Source: Dictyostelium discoideum (lineage: Eukaryota). From it: DNA of 64,000 nucleotides. The stretch covers positions 576,001 through 640,000 of the forward strand of contig CM000151.3 of NCBI GenBank assembly GCA_000004695.1, read 5' to 3'. Positions 50,329 through 64,000 of this stretch are shown here, piece after piece (position 1 is the first letter of the stretch; the number at the start of each line of letters is the position of its first letter). Under the pieces are notes generated by a model, which had not been told where the DNA came from, ran no database searches, and saw only the letters and a list, made by a program, of their open reading frames with translations. Made by a program: the position numbers and the translations under genes.

Positions 50329-51842
50329 ATTATTTCCACTATTATTATTTCCACTATTATTATTATTATTACCACCACCAACAACACTATTAATAATTGG
50401 TGATAAAATATTTGAAGGTGGATTAATAAAATTATCAATTAAATCACCATAAGTTTTTAATAATTGTTTTAATAATGAAATTATTATTGATTGAGTATTA
50501 ATTATAATTTTATCTTCATTATTTGTTTTATGACGACGAATGATTGTAATTAATGAACAGACTATCCACATTACATGTTTAACTTGTTCTTTTTGATCAC
50601 GTTCTGATGCTAAAATCGTTTGAATACGAATTGAATTCTTTGAGATTATATGATCCATATCCTCACTAATCATTGGTAAACCCCAAACTCTAATACTAAA
50701 TTGACGTTCTTCATCATCTGCATTCTCATTGGTATGATCGTGTTTACTCTGATGATAAGATTCTCTCTCTCCGTAGAAACATGATTCTGCCTCTTGAAAA
50801 ATACATAAACATAGTCTATAGATAGTATGAATTGAACTCTTTGCCTTTGCCGAACCACTAGTTACATCGATCGATGGCAAATCAATTGTACCACTATTAT
50901 TTGCCAATGTCATAATGTAAGGTGAGAATTGCATACTGCCATAGGGTGATTGATAGTTTGAATGATTACTTGAGAATGGATTCAAACTACTACTTGCAGT
51001 TGGTTTAACGACATTTGCTTGAATACGAATGGTTTGAATCGATTGACTTATATCGAAAATATCCAATAACTTTGCTACAACTCCAAAATCTTCCCATTGA
51101 GATTGAGTATTACGATGTGCTAAAATGTTCATAGTATGAGAGAATACGAAATCTTCAATGATCGATACAAGATTCACATAATTCTTCAAAAGAATTCCAC
51201 CAGTGGTTGGATCATGATTCGATGATTTCAAACCACGTTCTAAATTTAATAAACATTCATAAAAAATTCTTCTCTCTAATGGTACACCATTTGGTAGAAT
51301 AGAAAATATCCATGCCTCTGTTTCTTCTATAAATTTCCAACCATCTTTTTTATTAATACAATCAAATAACAATACTTTCATTATACCTGTTAAAATTTCC
51401 TTTATACCTGATTGATAGGCTCTAATTGATAATTGTTCCTTTGTTTGACTTCTATGATCTGATATTATATTTTGTTGTTGTTGTTGATATGATGATGATG
51501 ATAATGGTGGTGGTGGTGGTGGTGATGGTGACATTGATTTAGTTGAAGTTAATAAAGGTGAAATAGGTGGTGACCATGGTGGTGATGAAGTATTTGATCT
51601 AGGTTGTGGCCATAATGATAATAACCAATGTTGCCAATTTTCACTATCCAATATACCAGCCCTCATTTGTGGTAAATGTTTAATACACAATAAAATTTCA
51701 TTCAATATCTTTTGTTGTAATGCAAGTGGTGCTCTAATTGCTAATCTACAAATTGTTTCCAATGCTGCTATATTAATTATTCTTTTTTCTTTTGAATCTT
51801 TATCTTTATTATTACTATCTATTTTATCTTTATTATTATTAC

Positions 51843-51875
<33 letters not shown>

Positions 51876-52600
51876 TACCACCCATTATATTAACACTTGA
51901 AATCGAATCAGCTAATAAAGTTTCACTACCTAATAATTCTAATAATGGTGAATTTGGAGTATCAGCAATTGATGGTGTAATTTCATCAACAACAATCTCT
52001 GATAAACCACGATACATTAATTCAGTCATTTCAAATTCCATCAATTGATCAGTGATAAAGTATAAAACATCTGTTAAAGTATTCTTTAATTTCAATGACC
52101 TTCTAACATTACCAGATGATGCCATTGATAATCCTTCTGAACCACCCATATATTTACCAATGATTTTTATAACTAATACTTGAACTTGTTCATTATTATG
52201 TTTTAATAATCCTAATAATGATTTTATATCACCTGATGATTCAAAACTATTTAAAAATCCTTTAATTGTATCATAATTTTGAAATTTTTCATCACCACCA
52301 ATATTAATATTATTATTATTACTATTACTATTATTATTATTATTGTTATTATTACTATTATTATTGTTATTTACAGGTAAAAATAAATTTGATAATAAAA
52401 TCATTAAAGATTCTTTTATTACTGTTGAATTACATTCAGAATCTTGTATAAATTTTATTATTTCTTGAATTTCTGGTACTTCTTTTTCATTTAATATTGG
52501 TTTAATTATAATTTTTATAATGTCAAATATATATGATATAATTTCTTTTAAATCTTGATTAGATAAATGACAATTTAATCTACAATTGCCAACATTATTT

Positions 52601-52632
<32 letters not shown>

Positions 52633-52889
52633 TGCACCACTTGATTCTCCAATATTATTATTATTATTATTATTATTTGTTGATATTATTGTATTTTCAT
52701 TAATATGATAAAAATATTTTATACAATCTAATAAATAACGAACTTTAATATTCTCTCTAAAATATTGAGGATTTTGTGAAACTTTAAAAATTATTAAATT
52801 AAATAATTGAATTTGATATTCTTTTTTAATATGAACCCAAATATTAAAATTAAAAATAATTTCTTTATAAATATTTAATTTTAGTAATG
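46207..52889 (-). CDS. BEACH-domain protein (Lvs family), large 3' exon with PH-like, BEACH and WD40 regions. Whole protein is about 2,970 aa.
   Basis: BEACH core is [37 protein letters not shown]...IDLIFGYKQRGKEA, followed by WD repeats. The frame is open upstream of Met 52404 to an AG acceptor at about 52890. Confidence 0.8.
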
Positions 52890-52996
52890 CTATAAATAAT
52901 AATTTTTTTAAAAAAAAATAAAATATACATATTAGTTTTAAATATTTTTTTTTTTAAAATAAAAAATTAAAAATTTTATAAAAAAAAAAAACATAC

Positions 52997-54566
<1,570 letters not shown>

Positions 54567-54651
54567 CTTTTTAGAAAAAAAAATATAAAAAAAAGGTATT
54601 GTTAATATATGTATATGTATATATTGATTATTAATGTATTTAAATACATAC

Positions 54652-54895
54652 GTTTTGTAAAAAATAATGATTTGGTTTAAAATTTGTTAATAAATAATTT
54701 CTATCAAATAATTTTAATAACTTTCTTAATTGTTTAACTGTAATATGTTCAGTACCTAATATTTCAATTAGTTGTAATGTCTTTAATGATATTTGTTCAT
54801 TATCAATACTTGGTAACATTTGAATTAATTCATCTAAAATTACTAAACTTTTATTTGTATATAAAGTTTTAGATTTCCTCTTTTTTGATTTACAT
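54652..54895 (-). CDS. BEACH protein, small upstream exon. Boundaries are approximate because it runs through (AAT)n.
   Basis: Frame reads ...KSKTLYTNKSLVILDELIQMLPSIDNEQISLKTLQLIEILGTEHITVKQLRKLLKLFDRNYLLTNFKPNHYFLQN, ending at a GTATGT donor at 54651. Confidence 0.4.
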
Positions 54896-54947
<52 letters not shown>

Positions 54948-55065
54948 ATTATTATTATTACATATTATTGTTGTTGTTGTTGTGGTGTTGTTGAGATGTT
55001 GTTGCTTTAATAATTGTTCAAAAGAATTATCAGAAACAAATAAATTATGAGTATCAAATATTTTA

Positions 55066-55494
55066 GTTAACATTATTATTATTATTTATTGGTGATGTTG
55101 ATTGAATTAGATTGATTGTATTATTTGAAGAGTAACTTAGAATTTGAATTAATTGATCCAAGATTTTAATTTTAATAAATGATGATATCTCTTCATCTTT
55201 TAATAGTAATATAATCTCATGAATCTTTGTGAAATTTTTAATTATGAATCTATCTTGTTCGGTTGGGTCATAATTCCCATTGAATAAATTATTAATTTGA
55301 TTTGTTATTCTTAAATTATTACTATTACTAAAACTACTATTATTATCATATCCTAATAATTGTTCAAATAATTGTTTCACTATATATTTCTCATTTTCAA
55401 GTTTATTCATAATATCATCACCTCCAATACGTGAACGCTGTTGTTGTTGTTGTTGCTGTTGCTGTTTGAATGGGAATTTTAATGGTGAAGACAT
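55066..55494 (-). CDS. BEACH protein, first coding exon.
   Basis: MSSPLKFPFKQQQQQQQQQRSR.... The join to the next exon across the microsatellite at 54900-55065 is unresolved. Confidence 0.45.
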
Positions 55495-55709
55495 TTTCTT
55501 TTATTTTAAAATTATTATTATTATTATTATTATTATTATAATTATTATTTTATTTTATTTTATTTTTACATAAAATATATAATATATTAACTAATATAAT
55601 ATAAAATGTATATTATATAAAAATAATTATATGTTTTTTTTTCTTTTATATTTAGTTCGTGGTTGAAGTGAGATAAAAATTAAAAATAAAAATAAAAAAA
55701 AAAAAATTA

Positions 55710-55740
<31 letters not shown>

Positions 55741-55936
55741 TTAAAATTTGAAAAAAAAGCCATGTTTTCTTTAAATTAAAAAAAAAAAAAATCCATTTTT
55801 AAAAATAAAATAATTAAAAAACTAAAATCCAATACTAAGACCATTTTATCAGAAGAAATAAATTAATTCAAAAAATATTAATTTAATTTAACAAAAGAAA
55901 ATTTATTATAATTTTCTTTTTTTTTTTTTTTTTTTT

Positions 55937-56042
55937 GGACTTATTTTGTGGTGCCTTTTAAAAAATCTCGTTAAAAATAAAATTAAATTTTAACTTTTTT
56001 ATTTTTTTTTTTCCGAATTATTTTGTAGTGCCTTTTTAAAAC
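55937..56042. promoter_or_regulatory. Two copies of a roughly 25-bp motif TTATTTTGTRGTGCCTTTTWAAAA, 76 bp apart, in the divergent promoter between the BEACH gene and the secreted-protein gene.
   Basis: GGACTTATTTTGTGGTGCCTTTTAAAAAATC (55937-55966) and CCGAATTATTTTGTAGTGCCTTTTTAAAACC (56013-56042). Confidence 0.4.
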
Positions 56043-56124
56043 CTTTTAAAAAAATAAAAATAATTTTTTGGAAGAATTTTTTTTTTTTTTTTTTTATTTT
56101 TACAAATAAAAAAAAAAAAAAAAA

Positions 56125-56383
56125 ATGAAATCATTTTCTTTATTTGTATTACTTTATTTAGTTTGTATTTTTGCTTTTAGCAATGGTAACAATAGTAGTA
56201 GTAGTAGTAGTAGTAATGAAGATCATTATATATATGCATTCCAAGTTAATACAGAAATTGGATCAAATCAATATTTTATAGTTATCAATCCATCAGAAAA
56301 TACAATTATCAAAAATGTTTCAATTAATGTTCCAAATGAATATATTATAAATGGAATTTTAGGAATTAATCAAATTACAAATT
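56125..56383 (+). CDS. Small secreted protein of unknown function, exon 1 with signal peptide.
   Basis: MKSFSLFVLLYLVCIFAFSNG signal peptide. GTTAGT donor at 56384. Confidence 0.5.
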
Positions 56384-56478
56384 CTGTTAGTATTTTCACC
56401 TTTTTTTTTTTTTTTTCAAAAAATCTTAGACAAAAAAAAAAAAATTATTTATTAACACATCAATAAAATTAATTTTAG

Positions 56479-56541
56479 ATTCTCTTATATTCAATTAGTG
56501 ACCTTTACTCAACTGGTGCTATTCTTTCTTTAGATTTAAAT
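56479..56541 (+). CDS. Secreted protein, exon 2.
   Basis: AG acceptor at 56477-56478 and GTAAGA donor at 56542. It stays in phase. Confidence 0.4.
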
Positions 56542-56546
56542 GTAAG

Positions 56547-56653
<107 letters not shown>

Positions 56654-56680
56654 TGTTAATTAATTAATTTCTATTTTTAG

Positions 56681-57298
56681 TCAAATGAAATTTCATTATA
56701 TGGTTCAAATTTATTAAATTATAAAGGTAAATATGCAAATCAACCATATGTTTATTCAGGTGATGTAGTTTATATGGCAATGGAATCAAATGGTGTATCA
56801 GGAGTTTTAGGTTTGGCAAAGTATGATTTCACAGAACAAAGTAGTAAATTCTATAATATTGAAACATCAGGTTTCTCAAGTGAAATTTTACCATTGATTG
56901 CATATGATAGATCAAATCAGTTAATGTATTACACTTATTCACCACTTTCATCCCCAAGTGAAACCAATTTATTGGTAATTGATCCAGAGTCTCCATCAAT
57001 TGAAAAACAGTTTTCATCAATTAAAGGTTTAGAAAACTCAATAAAGAATTCAATGTTATTGACATCACCTAATGGTACATTGTTTTTAATCCAATCCAAT
57101 CAAAATAATAATGGTATGGATATGTGTCCATTTGATCTCAGCAATAATATTTGTAATAATGTTTTCAGTGCTCAAATGGTTAAAGATTTTAATCAAAATA
57201 TTCAATTCAATCCATTTCAATTAACTTTGGAAAACTCTGCTTTAATAGTTTCAAACTTTTTTAAAACTTATAATAAAAGTTATAATATGTTTACTTAA
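56681..57298 (+). CDS. Secreted protein, exon 3.
   Basis: AG acceptor at 56679-56680, in frame with ORF 56774..57298. Confidence 0.5.
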   Translation, partial: SNEISLYGSNLLNYKGKYANQPYVYSGDVVYMAMESNGVSGVLGLAKYDFTEQSSKFYNIETSGFSSEILPLIAYDRSNQLMYYTYSPLSSPSETNLLVIDPESPSIEKQFSSIKGLENSIKNSMLLTSPNGTLFLIQSNQNNNGMDMCPFDLSNNICNNVFSAQMVKDFNQNIQFNPFQLTLENSALIVSNFFKTYNKSYNMFT

Positions 57299-57590
57299 GT
57301 TTCAATCATTTTTTTTGATTCTTTATTCCCAATTGCATCTTTTACCCTTAATAATTATTTTAATTTTTCAAATCCATCAATTCAATATTTTTTTTTTTAT
57401 CTTTGAATAAATTAATTATTAATTATTGGTAATTAATTAATAAAAAAAAATGTGTTTTAAAAAAATGTTTTTTTTTTTATTTTTTTTTTTTTTTTTATTT
57501 TCTTTTTTTTTTTTTTTTTGTGGTTTATAAAAATTTTAATAATAATAATAGTTTAAAAAAAAAAAAAAAACAACTATATATTAACATTTT

Positions 57591-57625
<35 letters not shown>

Positions 57626-58099
57626 CACTTTATTTTGGTGCAAAGATATCTATATTTATGTATAGTTGTTTTTATTTTTTTTTTTTTTATTTATTTATTT
57701 TTTTTTTTTTTTTTTTTTTTTTTTTCTTTTAATATTAAAATCCATTCCAATATTGATGTGAATCGTAGTTTAAATGGAAATAATCTAACCTAATTTTAGA
57801 TTAATAAATTTCCTATTCAAAGAATCTAATCCTTTCAAAATTTAATTTTTTTTTTTTTTTTATTTTTTATTTTTTAATTTTTAATTTTTTTTTTTTTTTT
57901 CTCACTCTTTTTTTTTTTTCCTCATTCTTTTTTTTTCTTTTTTTTTTTTTTTTATTAAAATCTAAAATTACTTTTGCTTAAACACTGTTTACCCCTAATC
58001 AAGTTATTTTCAAATCCAGATTCGAATTTAAAATAATTATTTAATAATCCGTTTAATAAAAAAAAAGAAAAAAAAAATCAAAAAAAAAAAAAAAAAAAA

Positions 58100-58140
<41 letters not shown>

Positions 58141-58462
58141 AAAAAAAAACTTTTTTTTAAAAAAAAAAAAAATCAAAAAAAAATCAAATAAAAATAAAAT
58201 TGTTAAAACACACAAACACATAAATTTCACTATTTTACACTTTTTTATCATATATTATAATTAATAAACAAAGTAGAATACACATTCTTTTATACCTAAA
58301 ACAACATACACATATAATTCAATTCGATTCAATACAAAACAAAACAATACAATTCAATTCAATTCAATTCAATTCAATTCAATTCAATACATACGATACG
58401 ATACGATACAATAGAATACCCTAAATAAATACACACACATATATATAGTCATACATTTTAAA

Positions 58463-58755
58463 ATGTTGAAATTATTTAAGAGGATTGGCAGAAAGAAAGA
58501 TAGTAAAATAGAAGATTTCTATGAGTTTGGACCTGAAATTGGTAGAGGAGCATTTTCAATAGTTAGACAGGGTACACATAAAGATACAGGTGATCAAGTT
58601 GCAATCAAAGCAATATCTAAACAACATGTTAGTGAAGCTGATATGAAACGTTTCACAAGGGAAATTGAAATTATGAAGAAATTAAAACATAAAAATATTA
58701 TACAACTCATCGAAGTTTTCGATTCAAATGATTATCTTTATTTAGTTTTAGAATT
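58463..58755 (+). CDS. CaMK-like Ser/Thr protein kinase, exon 1.
   Basis: GRGAFSIVRQGTHKDTGDQVAIK (Gly loop plus VAIK) and HKNIIQLIEV. GTATGT donor at 58756. Confidence 0.75.
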
Positions 58756-58812
58756 GTATGTTCAAACACATATATAATATATATATTTATATTTATAAAA
58801 CACATTCAATAA

Positions 58813-59187
<375 letters not shown>

Positions 59188-59285
59188 TGATAGTAATAAT
59201 AATTACTTGTTTCTTTTATTTTTTATAATATACTTACTAATGATAATAATAATAATTATTTATGTGTATATGTATATATACTTAG

Positions 59286-59560
59286 CACCAGAAATTTTAG
59301 AATGTAAACCATATGATACATCAGTTGATATGTGGAGTATTGGTGTTATAACATATATATTGTTGTGTGGTTTTGCACCATTCTATGCGGATACTCACCA
59401 TGAACTATTTCAAAAGATTTTAGATTTAGAATATGATTTCCCTGAACCTGAATGGAATGGTATTACAGATTTAGCAAAAGATTTCATTTCACAATTATTA
59501 ATTATAAATCCTGAAGAAAGATGGACTGCTTCTCAATGTATTAAACATCCTTGGTTAGCT
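59286..59560 (+). CDS. CaMK-like kinase, exon 3.
   Basis: APEILECKPYDTSVDMWSIGVITYILL...HPWLA. GTATGT donor at 59561. Confidence 0.75.
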
Positions 59561-59680
59561 GTATGTATCTTTATTATTTTTACTTTTTTTTACTTTTTTT
59601 TTTAAAAAAATATTTACATTTTTATCATTAACGCACTTTTTTATTTTTTTATTTTTTTTATTTTTTTATTTTTAAAATAG

Positions 59681-59953
59681 GAAAACCATGGAGATAAAGA
59701 ATTAAAATCATTGGATTCAGCAATTTCTTCAATGAAAGATTATGTTAGAAATAGAGAAGCATCAACATCTAATATTTTAAAAATGAGAGCATCACAATCA
59801 ACACCAAATTTACATTCCGCCAATAGTAATACAAATACAAATAGTTTAAGTAGTAGTAATAGTAATAATACAACCAGTAATAGTAATAATAATAATAATA
59901 ATAATAGTAATAATAGTAATAATAATAATAACAATAGTAATAATAATAATAAT

Positions 59954-60017
<64 letters not shown>

Positions 60018-60022
60018 TATAG
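59681..60022 (+). CDS. CaMK-like kinase, exon 4 (regulatory tail plus poly-S/N).
   Basis: AG acceptor at 59679-59680. It is in frame with ORF 59711..60022, which the track starts at a TTG. Confidence 0.6.
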
Positions 60023-60157
60023 ACCAACAAATCACCAAAAAAAAAAGAAAAAAATAGAAAAAAAAAAAAAAAAAACAAAAAACAGAAAAAAAAAAGAAAA
60101 CAAAAATACCAATAATCAAAGAAATGTATATATATATATTTTTTTTTTTTTTAAAAA

Positions 60158-60201
<44 letters not shown>

Positions 60202-60542
60202 ATTAATCATGAAAATAAATATAATAATAAAAAAAAATAAAATAAAAGGTAATAATAATATTAATAATCTGTAAAAAGTCCATTTATATTCTTTAAAATA
60301 AATAAATAAAATAATTAAAAAAAAAAAAATTAAACAATCTCATTTCTTTATATTTTATTTAATGCGACTTAAATTTTAAACAAAAAAAAAAAAAAAAAAA
60401 AAAAATTGTCGTGTATGTTTATGATCAAACAATAAAATAAAATAAAAAAAAAAAAAAAAAAGTCGTTATTGATCTTTAATGAGTTGTGTTGTGGTTTACA
60501 CGTCGTTTGGATTTTTATTTATTCAAATATTTTTGATTTTTT

Positions 60543-60584
<42 letters not shown>

Positions 60585-61162
60585 AAATGTGTCATGTTGC
60601 AAATCTGATATTCGAATAAAAAACAATAAAATTTTTATTTTTAAAAAAAATGATTAAAAAAAAAAATAAAAAAATAAAAAAAAAAAAACCATTAAAACTC
60701 GCAAAGAAAAAAATAAAATGAAAAAAAATATTTTAAAGAAAAAAAAAAAAAAAAAATTAATAGAAAAAAAAAAAAACTAAAAAAAAAAAAAAAGAATTAA
60801 TAAAATCTTCAATAATTTCGTATTTTTTTCTGTACAAATCATAATTTATTTTAAAAAATATCTATTATAAAAAACGGCAATAGTTAAAAAAAAAAAAATG
60901 AAAAAATTTTGAGAAAAATAGATTTTTACTCTAAAATAAAAATCTAAAACTGTTTTTTTTCATTCATTAAATTACCAAAACATTTATTTTTATTTTTTTT
61001 TTCTTTTTTTTTTTTTCCTCTAAATTTTAACTAGATTTTTTTTAATCATTTTTTTTTTTTTTAATCACTTTTTTTTTTATTTAAAATTAACTCTATATAC
61101 TCTATATAAAAAAAAAAAAAAAAAATAAAAAAAAAAAAAAAAAAATAAATAAAAATAAAAAG

Positions 61163-61232
61163 ATGAGTACTTTAGAACAATATCTTAAAGTTATTGGATT
61201 AAAATCTTATAAAGATTTAATGATTGATAATG
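61163..61232 (+). CDS. SAM- and PH-domain protein, exon 1.
   Basis: MSTLEQYLKVIGLKSYKDLMIDN is the start of a SAM domain. GTTAGT donor at 61233. Confidence 0.6.
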
Positions 61233-61360
61233 GTTAGTTTAATAAAATTAAAATTAAAATTAAAATTAAAATTTTACCAAAATAAAATAAATTTATAAAT
61301 TTTTTTTTTTTTTTTTTTTTTTTCTCCCCAAACCCCAAAAAAAATAAAATTTTTTTGTAG

Positions 61361-63576
61361 GATATGACGATCCAGAATTAATTTCAGAATTAACAGAAGA
61401 TGATTTGGTTGCAATTAATGTAAAAAGAGGGCATGCAAAACGTGCATTTTTAAAAGCTAAAGAATTGGCAGGTAAACAAAATGAAAGTTCAGCTAAATCA
61501 CCAGATGTTTCATCATCAACAACAACAGCATCAACATCATCATCATCATCATCATCAACATCAGCACCAGTTGAAGAAAAGAAAAGAACAACAACAATTA
61601 GTATTGGTAAAAAAGGTGAAGATAATGATGATGATGATGAAGAAGAAGAGAAAGCTTCATATAGTGGTCCAATTTTACAAAGTAAAGTATTGAATGAAGG
61701 TTTCATTCAAAAGAAAGGTAATGAAGGTTTCTTTGGTTCAAAGATGTTTCAAAAGAGATATTTTAAAATTTATGAAGAAGGAAGATTGGCATATTTTAAG
61801 AATCAAAATGATGTTTCACCAATTGGTGTTATCGAGATGAAAGGTGCATTGGCATGCGAAGATATGGAGGGAAAGCCACAAGGATTTAAATTATCCATGA
61901 AAACAAGCGCACGTGTTTATTGGTTAGTTGCAATGACCAATGACCAAAAACAAAAGTGGGTATCCGTTATCAAACAGCAAATCACCCCACCAGCCGTACC
62001 AAAACCAATAGATCCAAATGAAATCAGACCATACTTACAAAACACTGAAGAACCACCACAATGTGCCTCCACCCGTTTCGATGCATCCAATTCATGGGAT
62101 GCCATTGAAAAACAAATTATCGAGGGTCAAATTCGTTTACATATTCATAGTAATGGTGATTTATTCGTAGAGGAGACTCGTTCAATTGAAGTTGGTGAGG
62201 AGGGTTTAGTTTGGATTGAAGATTTACCAAAATCAATTGACGATCGTACAGTTCATTTCCAATCATTCACAGAGCCAACTGCTTTCGTCTCTGAACAAAC
62301 CTATCATAATGATGCAAAAACTCCAGAAAGAATGTTATCAAAATTAATTGGTAAAGAAATTCAAGTTTCAGTACCACGTGATGACCATTTCGATGAACCA
62401 TTATTACTTAAAGGTCAACTCATTTATAATGCAAATGATTCAACCTATGCTCTTCAAGATAAAGAAACCAATACAATTCATTTCCTTAAAACCGATGAAG
62501 CCATTAGTTATAATCTATTGGATACCACTACAATCGATCCAATCTTTAGAAATTCATCATTGGAATGGAATATTAATGGTAAAGAACCAAAACATTTATC
62601 AAAGATTTCTTACAATTCTAAAGATCTTTTCAAATGGAATGCTACTTATGTTTCTGTACTTAATCCAAGAGAAACTGAAATGGAAATTAGAGGTTGGTTT
62701 ACCATTGAAAATGAGTCTGGTAAAACTTTTAACAATTCAAATGTAATTCTAGTTAGAGAACCAGAGGAAAAGAAAAAAGATGAAGAAAAGACCGATGAAT
62801 CCGCCTTACCAATTGGTTTACCAAAATTGGGTGGATTCGGTTTAAAACTTCCAAAGATTGGTGGATTCGGTGGTGATTCAGAAACACCAGTACCAGAGAA
62901 GCGTATCTATCGTTATGAAGTCCCTCATAAAACTACACTCAGAGATGGCGAATCTAAACAAATCTGTTTTGTCAGTACTAAATTACCAGTAAAGTCTTTT
63001 GATTTCATCACTTTTGCAACACCAAATTATCAAAAGTATGCTATGATCGGTAAAGATCAAGGTGCAAATGCTGCCTCTTCAGTTAATTCATCGGTTACTT
63101 TCACTTGGAATTTACCATACTCAATTCCAGCTGGTCAAATGAAATTACAAAGACAATTAAAAGATAAATTTGGTTCCGATATTGTAAATACTTTTGATAT
63201 CGCTCATTATAACCCAACTGATATCATTTCATTACCACTTCAACCATTGGGTAAAGTTTCTTCAACTCGTACCCAAACTGGTTTTAACTTTGATCTCAAT
63301 GGTTTATTCATTGTTGAAACCTATGAAATTCGTGTAAACAATGGTCGTGAAGAACCAATTAAAATCACTGTTGAAGAATCTTTATACCGTTCAACTTTCT
63401 GGGAAATCACTAGTAGTAGTCATAAATTCACTCCACATCCAACTCATTCTCGTAAAATTCATTGGCAATTATCAATTCCACCACTTGATGGTGAAGTAAT
63501 TAAATATTCTGTATTTTATAGTGGTTTAAATTTACCAGCAAGTATGACTGCTAAAAAAGATGAAAAAACTAATTAA
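61361..63576 (+). CDS. SAM-PH protein, exon 2. Rest of the SAM domain, a PH domain, and a roughly 540-aa C-terminal region of unknown function.
   Basis: GYDDPELISELTEDDLVAINVKRGHAKRAFLKA completes the SAM domain. The PH domain is GFIQKKGNEGFFGSKMFQKRYFKIYEEGRLAYF...WVSVIKQ. Confidence 0.7.
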
Positions 63577-63769
63577 TTTTAATAAATAAATATAAATATA
63601 AAAATAAATAAATAAATAATAATAAATAATAAAAATAAAAATAATAATTTAAAATGATTTTAAATAATAATAAAAGTTTTTTTTTTTTTTTTTTTTTTTT
63701 TTATTTTATTTTAATTTTAATAGTTTTTTTAAAAATAGGCATTTTGCTCAAACAATTTTAAATTTTTTT

Positions 63770-64000
63770 AAAGATGGGCATTTTGTTTAGCAGTTCCAAC
63801 TACAAAATAATTTGGTTTCCATCCTTGAGTATTATTATTATTATGGTTAAATAAATTATTTTGATTATTAATATTTTTATTTATTATAAAATTATTATTT
63901 AAATTTTTATTATTTGAACCTAATGAAAGTATAGTTTCTTATAAAAAAGAAAATTATATAATTAGAATAAAAATTTTTTTTTTTTTTTCTAAATTTTAAA
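63770..64000 (-). CDS. Possible 3' end of a minus-strand gene that continues beyond the window.
   Basis: Minus-strand frame reads ...INNQNNLFNHNNNNTQGWKPNYFVVGTAKQNAHL, then a stop at about 63772. The fragment is short and unanchored. Confidence 0.2.

Noticed and set aside
61293-61706. 137-aa minus-strand ORF overlapping the start of the SAM-PH gene.
   Set aside because: It is antisense to the S/T/D/E-rich linker of the plus-strand gene. It is a low-complexity artefact.

Overview
This 64-kb window is AT-rich (about 75-80% A+T) nuclear DNA with the hallmarks of Dictyostelium discoideum: homopolymer-rich intergenic DNA, poly-N/Q/S coding microsatellites, and short introns with GTAAGT/GTATGT donors and AT-rich ...AG acceptors. 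It is gene-dense. I reconstructed about 20 protein-coding genes, mostly by splicing the supplied ORF fragments by hand.

Genes called:
- Sac1 phosphoinositide phosphatase (5' end outside the window)
- an alpha/beta hydrolase
- PUS7 (TruD-family pseudouridine synthase)
- three tandem paralogous type-I membrane genes (LRR-like N-terminus, IPT/TIG, EGF, TM), resembling the tgr allorecognition family
- a hypothetical, possibly interrupted gene between the second and third paralogs
- an N/H/Q-rich protein with two CX2CX14CX2C motifs
- Rrp6/EXOSC10
- acetoacetyl-CoA thiolase
- a RING / B-box / coiled-coil / Kelch protein
- Cks1
- Nip7
- a rhomboid-like protein
- Cln5
- a roughly 2,970-aa BEACH/WD40 (Lvs-family) protein
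- a small secreted protein
- a CaMK-like kinase
- a SAM-PH protein

Other features:
- a tRNA-Arg(UCU) followed by a perfect external B box and a 5'-truncated TRE3-like non-LTR retroelement fragment
- three candidate small ncRNA loci, each preceded by a CCCATAA/CCCACAA (DUSE-like) motif at promoter-like distance

Most interesting signals:
1. The paralog triplet is mosaic: a near-identical 1.26-kb 3' block contrasts with diverged 5' halves, and the first copy has lost an intron.
2. The second and third copies share an AAACCAC...GTGGTTT palindromic upstream element.
3. Two diverged DUSE-preceded noncoding repeats flank the rhomboid gene.

All coordinates are hand-derived. Splice junctions are approximate to within a few nucleotides.
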